From Nitrospirota bacterium (lineage in GTDB: Bacteria; Nitrospirota; Nitrospiria; Nitrospirales; Nitrospiraceae): a DNA stretch of 64,000 nucleotides. The notes beneath the pieces are model-generated. The model worked only from the letters and a program-made list of their open reading frames with translations, had not been told where the DNA came from and did no database searches. Where the stretch lies: assembly GCA_963703955.1 (NCBI GenBank), contig CAVPGK010000014.1, positions 47,048 through 111,047 of the forward strand, in the 5' to 3' direction. This document shows, piece after piece, positions 26,653-35,358 of the stretch. Position 1 is the first letter of the stretch; every line of letters begins with the position of its first letter. The position numbers and the translations under genes were made by a program.

Positions 26653-28901
26653 TTGCTGGTTTTCCGCATCCTGGTTATGGTAATGCCTTGTAGGTGGGAG
26701 GTTTTCTGCCACACGTAGTTCAACTCGCCATATGGTCCTCCTGTTCTGCGGGTCCCTCCATGCGTCGCCAAAAAAGGTGAGAAGCCTGCATGTCGACAAT
26801 TGATTCGCAAGAGCCCACTGTTGTGGATCTGCTCGGAAAATTTATTGACGTAAAAGGGCGATGAAGCCCAAGCGGACACTCGGAGGCCATACTCATTGTT
26901 GTTTGCTACGTGGACCATTTTCTTGAAGATAACCATGTCCTTCGTGCCCTTATCAGCGCCCCTCGCATCTGCAGAGACTCTTATGAGTGGGATCAGGGGA
27001 AAAAAGTTTTCCTCGTTCATACACCTCATTTGAGACGCCTTCGAAAGATCCTTTACCCTGATCACCGTCGGAGTAATGAATTGACCATGATTGTCAGGAA
27101 TCGCCTTATAATTCACTCTGTATCCACCACAGAGCAACTCGGCTCCTTTGGCTAACGCTTCCTCTAGGAACTCGAAGAACTCAGGAATCTTTATGACCGG
27201 TGAGAAAGTAACGTGTGGATCGGTTGGCAACCCGATTCGCAGCTTTTTGACAGCTGAAAGAAATAGCTCCTGAAAAGACTCAAAAATATCCTCGTGGATA
27301 AAGGCTTTTTTCGGTACCATGCAAACCTGTGTGGAACCCATAAACCCGTCCAATAATGATTGGACCGCCATCTCCAAGGGAGCATCCTTCCAAACGAACA
27401 TCATGTCGTTTCCAGAAAGTTCGAGAATAGGTTTTTTCCCATTCTCATAGGCTCGAGCCCCAATCTTGAGTCCAGTCTTGCTGTCTCCAATGAAAATTAG
27501 GTCGTTAACAAGTTGACTGTTGAGCCATTCATCAACAATCAACTCGGAGTTTCCAACTACAAGATTCACTGTTCCATCGGGTGCATGATTGTGTTTCAAT
27601 GACTCGTGAACGACGTTCTTCCAGAGGAAGAGGGTGGAAATAGGGGATTGAAGCGGAGGCTTCACAACGAGAGTATTCCCGGAAAGAAGAGCGAAACCGG
27701 CGATTAATGAGGCGCTGCACGGCGCGTTCCTAGGAGGGCTGACGCACACAACTCCATCGGGCTTTCTCTTCCAATACAGATTCTCTTCGTCGACCACGGC
27801 TATCTTCCTTGTGAGGTGTTGAACATAAAAGTCGAGTGAAGGCTTGCGGTAAGCCTGTTCCATTCCAAGGAATTCCCATTCGGCCAACTGTCGTGGGTGA
27901 CCTTCAACAACCATGAGTTCGATCAGCTGGTCTTTATTTATCAGCAGAAGGTCATGTATGTCTGTGGCGATCCTTAGGCGTTTGGAAAGAGAGAAATAGC
28001 GAAATTCCTGGCTGGCCGCGTAGGCGGCCTCGAGAGCCGCTCGATTGGTATCTTTCTTGCCGAAACAATAACGCGCGTATATGTAATCCTTATAGTTTGG
28101 TGGAACCTGTCCTCGCTTGACCTGCTTCATCACCTGCGAGACTGCTTCCTGGTCCGTAAGAAGTTTAGCTGCGGGGACCACATACTTGTAATGGCCTGTG
28201 TCGATATCGTTACCGTTGATCAGCAAGGCGAAGGTCGGAATATCCAGATTGAGGGCGAGGGGTGCTTCCTTGTCGACAGGATGAGATATTTGGACGAACG
28301 GCAGGGGCGGTTGAGTCTGTGGTTGCCGTGCAGATATCAGCGCGTCATACGTCAAAGGAGGAAGGATCTGTGGGACGTTGGCCATGTCGGCATGAGCCTT
28401 GTCGTTAGCAGGAGGGCGGTACAACCTTGCAGCTTCTTCAGCAAGACTGTCTCGAGAGAGGAAAATGGTCAGGAGAGATTTGTCACGCGTCGGGCCTATT
28501 CGGCCTAGTTCGTCCAAAAGTGAAAGAAGAATGATCTGCTCCCATTCTCGAATATCTGAAAACTTAATCCCGATGATATCGAGTGCGCCATGTTGCGCGT
28601 AACGGCAGTAGACAATCTGTCCGCAAACGTTCAAATAACAGATATTGCCGCCGAATGAAAACTTGAGGGCGAGAGGGGTGCCCATAGCCAAGGGGACGCC
28701 GCTGACTACTCTCAAACCTCCTGGGCTGATATCTTCCGTCTGACAAGAAATTGAAGTGTCCTTGATATGGATGCAGGTGGGGATGTGAAGTGACTTCCGT
28801 ATATGTCGACGGACATACGGTCGTTGTGTCTCAGACTCCAGACTTTCCCATGCCGACAGCATGGTTCTCTTAGGGAGGTGTTCTTTAGTACCTTGTGGCA
28901 T
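26649..28901 (-). CDS. PilZ-aldehyde dehydrogenase fusion
   Basis: N-terminal RRHIR and DISPGG PilZ motifs; ALDH motifs PRNAP, GNTLVVKPP, FIGDSKTG, LELSGND, QVC, EENFFP, NEYGL. Confidence 0.88.
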   Translation of the reverse strand: MPQGTKEHLPKRTMLSAWESLESETQRPYVRRHIRKSLHIPTCIHIKDTSISCQTEDISPGGLRVVSGVPLAMGTPLALKFSFGGNICYLNVCGQIVYCRYAQHGALDIIGIKFSDIREWEQIILLSLLDELGRIGPTRDKSLLTIFLSRDSLAEEAARLYRPPANDKAHADMANVPQILPPLTYDALISARQPQTQPPLPFVQISHPVDKEAPLALNLDIPTFALLINGNDIDTGHYKYVVPAAKLLTDQEAVSQVMKQVKRGQVPPNYKDYIYARYCFGKKDTNRAALEAAYAASQEFRYFSLSKRLRIATDIHDLLLINKDQLIELMVVEGHPRQLAEWEFLGMEQAYRKPSLDFYVQHLTRKIAVVDEENLYWKRKPDGVVCVSPPRNAPCSASLIAGFALLSGNTLVVKPPLQSPISTLFLWKNVVHESLKHNHAPDGTVNLVVGNSELIVDEWLNSQLVNDLIFIGDSKTGLKIGARAYENGKKPILELSGNDMMFVWKDAPLEMAVQSLLDGFMGSTQVCMVPKKAFIHEDIFESFQELFLSAVKKLRIGLPTDPHVTFSPVIKIPEFFEFLEEALAKGAELLCGGYRVNYKAIPDNHGQFITPTVIRVKDLSKASQMRCMNEENFFPLIPLIRVSADARGADKGTKDMVIFKKMVHVANNNEYGLRVSAWASSPFYVNKFSEQIHNSGLLRINCRHAGFSPFLATHGGTRRTGGPYGELNYVWQKTSHLQGITITRMRKTSK

Positions 28902-29263
28902 CCTAAATGCCTTTGAAGCTACAATGGCGCGCCCTGCACATTACGAAACCGACTTCATGCTAAAGAATCAGGAAGGAAAGCAGTCTGAAGGTTCTCATGA
29001 TCATCAGACACTTAGCTCGTCGAAGCTTTGATCGACAAAATTGTACACTCTTCTGCATATAATGCAATACCTAAGAGGAATATTGACCTCGGAGGTTCCA
29101 GGCTCTCAGCGGGCTAGAGATTCTATAGAAGTCCAAACTGAAGAGTTTTTTCGGCGGTGTATGTGATTCAGAAGCCCTCGCTATGCCTGATAATTTTGAA
29201 AATATCAAGAAAAATATTTAGGAATACTAAAATTACATCAGAGACGTGCAGTTGGGGCTCATC

Positions 29264-32200
29264 TCAGGTCATCTTTTGTCCCCCCTTTTCTGCAACAGCG
29301 ATGTAGGCCTGGTTCGCGAATGTCGAATAGATACGGGGCTGCAGGGCCCCGGACGAGATCAACAGCGTCGCCAACTCTTGCCGATCGAAGAATCGAAAAA
29401 CGCCTTCCTGCTCCCGCTGCGCAATCTTCCCTGATGTGTTCAATACCTGTTTCGCTTTTTCAATTTCCTCGGCTGGTTTACCGAGTCCAAGAAAATTCCG
29501 ATAAATAGGAGAGAGATCCGCCTGAGGCTTGAAGATCGTCATGACCAGTCTTCCTCCCGGGGATAGCACTCGCATTAGTTCACGAAGAGTAAAGAGGGGG
29601 TCGCGAAGGTATCCGATGACCAAGTTACACAAGATTCGATTGAACTGGTTATCATGAAAGGGCAATGTCTGGTCAAGGTCTGCTTGCGCGAGCGCCGACG
29701 CCAGAATCGGAAGGGGCCTTTCGGTTGAAGGGAACCGCTCATGAATGTCGGCAGCGACCCTTGACAAGTTAAGCTGCGCCTGCGAGAGCCCGCTCATAAC
29801 GAAATCGACTCCCAAGTACCGCATTCGTTGGGTAACCGGAGAGTTTCGTAAGCGATATGATTCGTTAATAAACAAGAACATCCCAAAATTGCCGTTTCCG
29901 CAGCCGGCGTCCAAAACGCAGTCGTTCTCGCCAAGATTACCCATGAGACGGTAGATGTGGTCGAGGAGATGCCAATAGTCAGAAAAGTTCACAATGAACT
30001 GAGACTGGTCGAGATAGTCTCGCCAGAATTCAAACGCCTCAGATTTGGCCATGTGGTGTTGCGTGCGAGCACGCTCTCGTTCAAGCCGAACCTGGCGATC
30101 GAGTTCGTGATCCGACGGGAGAGCAAGTTGGAACGCATCGGAGAGCGGATAGAACCAAGCTCGGCAACACTGCACCATCCGTTGAAAGACGTCCCGCGCA
30201 CGCTCCGGGCGTTTGTGGATGTCATGAACCGCATCGGCCATGAGATACCAGTCAATGGCATATTCCCGCAGGGAGGTTTTCACCTTCTTTAACGCGCCTT
30301 GATCAACCCACGAATCGTGTTCCGATGAAAAGAAAACGACCGGGGTTTTCACTTGCTCGGCATCCTTCAGCGTCGTCTCCAGATCGGAATACTCTTGTCG
30401 GGTCGCATCTGCCAGCCATCGATCTGCATCAACCGAAAACCCCAGCAGATTGCTGACCCCCCGTCTCATGCCGTGAAGGTGGCCGCCAACCAAATCTTCC
30501 CCGTGTACGGTCCGTAACGTCGACTGCACGTCAACCACTCCGCCCAAGAGAAGAAGGAACTTGACAGTACGGCTCTGCAAGATAGTCTTCAACGCGACCC
30601 GGCCGGTCACTCCCGAGGCTACCACAAGGACCGGACTGGCGGGCCAGAGACGATCAGCGTAGCTCAGAATCGCGCGGAGATCTTCGTTCATCGTCGTGAG
30701 CGTGGTATGGACGATGTCGCCCTGACTGTCGCCGATATGAAATGTGTGGTCATATCGAATCACCCGAAAGCCGTTGCCGGCGAAATGATAGGCCAACGAG
30801 ACATAGTCTCTCTTGGTTTCTCCGAATCCAGGGGCAAGAATGACGAGCGGAGAGCCAGGCGGGAGTGCCTCACGGGGATGATCATGGTACAGCACGAGGC
30901 GACGTCCTCTTTCATTGAGGCATTCCAGCAACTCACTAACCAAGGTCGTTTGTTCATGAGGGTCCTGGATACGGTCGGGCGAGGTAAGGTAGTGAGTGAT
31001 GAGTTCCGCAATCCTGCGCTCGGAGGCGCCGTCAAAACGTATGAACCGAAGCCCGATGAGGAGGGGAGTTGCTGATGAGGGCTCTGAAGGAGTTGTCGAA
31101 ACAGCGGAGGCCGAAGAAACCCACACCACGTCGCCCATGACGCAATCTTCCTTCCCTGGCGCGTTCTCCGTGGAACGATCCGATACCGTTCGAGAAGTGT
31201 CCAGACACAGACGAATGCGATGACCCACTACGTCGGGTGAGGCGTGTAGTCGCACCCGGGCCCCAGTGGTCGTCAAATCGACCAGGTGAGCCTCCACACG
31301 GTCAAATCTCGGGGCAGTTCCGATTGATCCCACTTGAACAGGGACATCGAGATGTACGCGAGCTGATACGCGCCGATCCCCGGGACCCCCTTCATTCTTC
31401 TTGGCAAAGCCTGCCGGGATATCAACGAGCTCAACACGCTCATGATCGGTCAGTATGCCGGACTGGTGCTGTCCTGCGTCGCGCGGTAGGAGCACGGCGG
31501 TCAGCTTGACCGTGACTGTTCGACTGCGGAGGCCTTCGAACAGCGATTTCAGTATTCGGCTTTCCGAATCCTGGAGGACTGAGAATTCAACGGCGAGTCC
31601 GGTCAATGAGAGCTTGTCGTGGTGATCCTGAGTGACAGCGGGCTCACGGAGTTCACAGACCCTCCCCGAAATCTCCAAGATCCCCACGTCGCTGATGAAT
31701 CCTAATCGGATCGACTGGAACACATGTGCGGACACCGGCCCTTTGAATACTGTGTATACGCCGCCCAGGCTGACGTTCAGGGTCGTGCCGGTCCACGCGG
31801 TCCCATTGAGTCGCAGATAGGTCTCCATCTGAACTTCAGTTCGCGGAGAGCGGCGTCGTTCGGGGAAAAGGCACTCGTCGGTTGTCTTGGACGGAACGAG
31901 GCGGATGGGTGAGTCTTCGACTTTCGTCGACATCGGGGGAGTGTGAGGAACTGCGGACCCCGACGATCCATAACCGAACTCTTTCTGAACATCCTGCAAG
32001 GTGTGAAGCAGTTGCTCCGCGTTCGCGAGGATCGTGGCGAGGGGGGGTGCCAAGTCCGCGAGCCGGCGCGCCAGGCGTTCCTTATCTTGCGATTCAACGA
32101 CTGGCCTCAGTACGCCAGTCGTTCCGAGATACTGGCGATACCGATCGTACAGAGCCGTGGCATTGACCTCGACGACGATGGGTTTCTGCGCTTCTCCTTT

Positions 32201-32860
32201 GACCTTGAGTTGAAGCTGGAGCTTCCTCGTCGCGCGGGGCAATGAACGTCGTTCGTTGAAGTGCCGATTCGCCTTCACCAATTCATCGGAGCCGAGGATC
32301 GAGGAATACGGGAGTCCGATCAATTCGTGAGGCTCATAATTGAGCAATGCCTTCACGGCCGGGCTGAGATACACAAATCGCCCCTCGGCATCGAGTTCAT
32401 AAATCGTTTCAGTCAGGTTCTCGATCAGGTTTTGGTACCGATCCTGCGAGAGATCGAGCCGTGAACGCAGATCCCGCTTTTCGAGCGCCTCTCGGGTGAC
32501 AATCGGCAGGTCCATGAGCGCTGCGGGTGAATACTTGAAAAAATAATAATCTGCTCCGCCGCGCATCACGCGAAGCGCGACGCGCGGGTCTTGCTGAACG
32601 CCTTCGACGATGATGGCGGATTGTGGAGCTCGACGCCTGATTTCCTGGAGAAGATCGAGATCGCCCGCATGGGGAAGTTGCTCGTCGAGAAGGATCATGT
32701 GCCAGTCGAGTTTGGATGCCCACTCCAAGGCCTCGTTCGCGGAATAGACGGCCTCCACTCGACATCCGGGGTAAAAGGATCTCAGACTCACGGTCATGAG
32801 TTTGATTTCCTCCGCTTGCTCATTGACGAGCAAGACTGTCATGGCTTCAGATTTAGGCAT
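29264..32860 (-). CDS. REC-PAS-PilZ-PilZ-LuxD-like acyltransferase/thioesterase-class I SAM methyltransferase multidomain protein
   Basis: REC (ILLDEQLP); PAS (IYELDAEGRFVYLSPA); PilZ RRSPR/NVSLGG and RVSAR/DLTTTG; LuxD-like APGFGET..NGFRVIRYD..HIGDSQG, GVVDV, HDSWV, VHDI; methyltransferase VLDAGCGNG, RVLSPGG. Confidence 0.85.
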   Translation of the reverse strand: MPKSEAMTVLLVNEQAEEIKLMTVSLRSFYPGCRVEAVYSANEALEWASKLDWHMILLDEQLPHAGDLDLLQEIRRRAPQSAIIVEGVQQDPRVALRVMRGGADYYFFKYSPAALMDLPIVTREALEKRDLRSRLDLSQDRYQNLIENLTETIYELDAEGRFVYLSPAVKALLNYEPHELIGLPYSSILGSDELVKANRHFNERRSLPRATRKLQLQLKVKGEAQKPIVVEVNATALYDRYRQYLGTTGVLRPVVESQDKERLARRLADLAPPLATILANAEQLLHTLQDVQKEFGYGSSGSAVPHTPPMSTKVEDSPIRLVPSKTTDECLFPERRRSPRTEVQMETYLRLNGTAWTGTTLNVSLGGVYTVFKGPVSAHVFQSIRLGFISDVGILEISGRVCELREPAVTQDHHDKLSLTGLAVEFSVLQDSESRILKSLFEGLRSRTVTVKLTAVLLPRDAGQHQSGILTDHERVELVDIPAGFAKKNEGGPGDRRVSARVHLDVPVQVGSIGTAPRFDRVEAHLVDLTTTGARVRLHASPDVVGHRIRLCLDTSRTVSDRSTENAPGKEDCVMGDVVWVSSASAVSTTPSEPSSATPLLIGLRFIRFDGASERRIAELITHYLTSPDRIQDPHEQTTLVSELLECLNERGRRLVLYHDHPREALPPGSPLVILAPGFGETKRDYVSLAYHFAGNGFRVIRYDHTFHIGDSQGDIVHTTLTTMNEDLRAILSYADRLWPASPVLVVASGVTGRVALKTILQSRTVKFLLLLGGVVDVQSTLRTVHGEDLVGGHLHGMRRGVSNLLGFSVDADRWLADATRQEYSDLETTLKDAEQVKTPVVFFSSEHDSWVDQGALKKVKTSLREYAIDWYLMADAVHDIHKRPERARDVFQRMVQCCRAWFYPLSDAFQLALPSDHELDRQVRLERERARTQHHMAKSEAFEFWRDYLDQSQFIVNFSDYWHLLDHIYRLMGNLGENDCVLDAGCGNGNFGMFLFINESYRLRNSPVTQRMRYLGVDFVMSGLSQAQLNLSRVAADIHERFPSTERPLPILASALAQADLDQTLPFHDNQFNRILCNLVIGYLRDPLFTLRELMRVLSPGGRLVMTIFKPQADLSPIYRNFLGLGKPAEEIEKAKQVLNTSGKIAQREQEGVFRFFDRQELATLLISSGALQPRIYSTFANQAYIAVAEKGGQKMT

Positions 32861-33354
32861 GGGCACTCGCCAATGCGGGGGGATGAAGAGCCGAGTTGAC
32901 GCAGGGCCCGATGACCACCGGCACATGATCGAAGGGCGTCCAATAGCTGCCACCTGACCGAGGAGCCGATACGAAATAAGCAGTGGGTGTGCGCATGAGC
33001 GGAAGAAACGGGATCGCCGTCAATGGTCGAGGCGTCGCGGTCGATCCGGCTCGCGTCGAGGGATGGGAGGGAGACGTGCTCGGGCGACGATTCTCTCCTG
33101 GGCGCCCCTTGCTCATGAGGTCATCTGTCGGCCATAGCCCGGAATGGCTGGGAGGGGGATGGTGAAAAATGAGCAGGAGCAGGAAGCCGGTGTCCCACGC
33201 AGGCTCATGCACGTACATTCACCTACAATTCAGACCACAAGCTGTCATACCACGATGAGGCAGTCAATTAGACTTTAGACCTAAAACGGCCCAGGCTGGT
33301 TGACACACGGAAGATCGTCGGCCGTATCGATGACGGTCAAGCGACACATTCACG

Positions 33355-34359
33355 TTACCGGGCCTCGACTCTCTCGTCGGCGCCGCAGATCCCCGGTGTC
33401 ATGTACAGAAGGTAGTTCCCCATGCCGTGCTGAACGCGGGGATCGTGCAAAGGATGGTGATAGACCATCACCATCTCATACTCATCCTTCGTTGTCACTG
33501 AAAACCCTTGAGCATCTCTATATACCTGGTGAGGCTGAAACGCAATGAATGTCCCGTCTTGGGCCACGTCCGGAACCGTGCGAAGAAGGGTTCGACCGGC
33601 CGTCCTGTTTTCGAGCGCAATCAGAAGTAATTCGTCGTGTCCGTGGGGATACGCGAATTTGACACATCCGTCCATCCGAAACTTCAGCGTGGACGATAGG
33701 GTGTGAACCCCCGGCTTGATTTCGATTCCCTCATCGGTCTGGTCTTTCCCGCGTTGTCCAAACTTGCTGTAGCAGACGATGTTCACGCCGACTTGATAGA
33801 CGTCCATTTCTTTGATGGGAGTACCGTCAGGAGCCATCTCCATCGTGAAGGTTGCCATCACATCCTTCATCGGCGGGGCCTTATGATAGAAGGCGACCAC
33901 GGACATCAGCTTCTTGCCCTTTTCCAATTTCACCCCATAGCCGGACGGAAAACGGGCCTCGGTCATCTCCAAGCCGGCGCCTGAGAAGAATAGCGGCTCG
34001 CCGGGACACGAGACGCTTTCTTTATCGTTGTTCATCATGAGAATGTGATGCAGATACTGCTGTGGCAGGGGCCTGCCTTCTTTCGTAAAGACAGCCGATT
34101 TGAAGCCGACCAAATACATATCCTTCGGGAGTTCGAAAATATGCTTCGGCATGCTGGCCGCCAATTCACCGTCGTGTGCGGCCGGAAGGTCGATCGGTCC
34201 GAATGTCAGGGTGACCGTAGTGCCTTCAACCGTGACAGTGGTGGTGGTCTGTCCGTCCAATGTCGGAACGCCATGCGAATGGCTCTCACTTCCCAGTGCC
34301 GGGCCGGCCATGGCTGAGAACATCAGCATCAGCAATCCTACCGAGACCAATCGCTTCAT
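33355..34359 (-). CDS. Secreted copper type II monooxygenase (PHM/DBH)-like protein
   Basis: Signal peptide; YLHHIL, FAYPHGH and HGMGNYLLY in the order of PHM HH, HxH and M copper ligands; AGGAGG RBS. Confidence 0.65.
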   Translation of the reverse strand: MKRLVSVGLLMLMFSAMAGPALGSESHSHGVPTLDGQTTTTVTVEGTTVTLTFGPIDLPAAHDGELAASMPKHIFELPKDMYLVGFKSAVFTKEGRPLPQQYLHHILMMNNDKESVSCPGEPLFFSGAGLEMTEARFPSGYGVKLEKGKKLMSVVAFYHKAPPMKDVMATFTMEMAPDGTPIKEMDVYQVGVNIVCYSKFGQRGKDQTDEGIEIKPGVHTLSSTLKFRMDGCVKFAYPHGHDELLLIALENRTAGRTLLRTVPDVAQDGTFIAFQPHQVYRDAQGFSVTTKDEYEMVMVYHHPLHDPRVQHGMGNYLLYMTPGICGADERVEAR

Positions 34360-34391
34360 CGTTCCTCCTGGTGTACTTGAGTGGCCACAAG

Positions 34392-35279
34392 CTACGGAGT
34401 CGACGCAGAGTTTGAATCTGGAGAAGGAGTCAGTCGTTTCAACAGATACTTACCCCCCCATTGCCTGGCAGGAATGTCTTTCCGATCACCGACGCGTGTA
34501 TACCACCAGACGCCTCTTGCTTGCGTTCCATCCTCAGACAGGAGCACTTCAAACGCCCCCTCTCGGTCGTTTCCGGACTGGTGCCATGTCCCTTGCCACT
34601 TTTGGTCGGCAACCCCAGTGGTGGTGATCTTGCCATTTTGCCACGTATAAGTGCCGTTCCCGTCACGGTCAAGGGTGGCTTTATAAGACTTATCTTCTTC
34701 TTGGATATCCCATTCCCCGCTGAGATCGGGCCTTTGAGACAGCTGAGCGGCGCTGATCGGACCCGCGGCACCTTGAACGGACCCGGAACTGACCGCAGTG
34801 CTTCCGGTTCTTGCGGATTCGTGCCAGGCGACCAAGATCCATGTTCCATTCCGGCGCTCCAGAACACCGGTCTCACGAAGCGGAATGACGGTTCCGGCGG
34901 TTTTCTCGCCGGCTACATGGCGGATATAGTCCAGTTCCATTGCAAACCAGGCGGTGTCACCGCGAGTCCACACGGCGAGGTCGGTGATGGGAATTTCCAA
35001 GCGCTCGACCGAGTCGAACTCCAGTCGCATGTCGCGCGCAAAATCGGCCCACCCGACATACTTTCGGCCTCCGATCGTATAACTGATCATATCCGGATCG
35101 CGTGACATGAATCGTTCCATACCGGCCAGATCTTTGGCTGCATTGGCCTGCACGAGAGCCCGCAATACGTCTTCCGGAGTCGAAGGATCCTCTGATTTGG
35201 CGAAGGCTTGAAATACAAGAAGGAATATCACGGACCCGGCGAACAGGAGTCGACCCAACTGCATGCAGCGTTTACTCAA
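34392..35279 (-). CDS. Exported SnoaL/NTF2-like domain protein with a C-terminal beta-rich domain
   Basis: Signal peptide; GDTAW, RETGVLERRNGTWILVAWHES NTF2-type end; second domain DLSGEW..WQGTW..GVWWY. Confidence 0.75.
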   Translation of the reverse strand: MSKRCMQLGRLLFAGSVIFLLVFQAFAKSEDPSTPEDVLRALVQANAAKDLAGMERFMSRDPDMISYTIGGRKYVGWADFARDMRLEFDSVERLEIPITDLAVWTRGDTAWFAMELDYIRHVAGEKTAGTVIPLRETGVLERRNGTWILVAWHESARTGSTAVSSGSVQGAAGPISAAQLSQRPDLSGEWDIQEEDKSYKATLDRDGNGTYTWQNGKITTTGVADQKWQGTWHQSGNDREGAFEVLLSEDGTQARGVWWYTRVGDRKDIPARQWGGKYLLKRLTPSPDSNSASTP

Positions 35280-35358
35280 CAGGAAAGGACCAGATGAAGG
35301 CAGCCTGACAACAAACGGTCGACGACCACCTGAAGGTCGGCAACGTTAGCGGATCAGG

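Noticed and set aside
26649..32860. Bioluminescence lux operon (LuxD-like next to an ALDH-superfamily gene that could be LuxC)
   Set aside because: No luxA/luxB/luxE in the window; the ALDH keeps the general-base Glu of oxidative ALDHs; the LuxD-like nucleophile appears substituted
32853..33218. 121-aa ORF or riboswitch in the long leader of the multidomain gene
   Set aside because: Low-complexity Pro/Ser-rich translation with no RBS; no c-di-GMP riboswitch signature recognised
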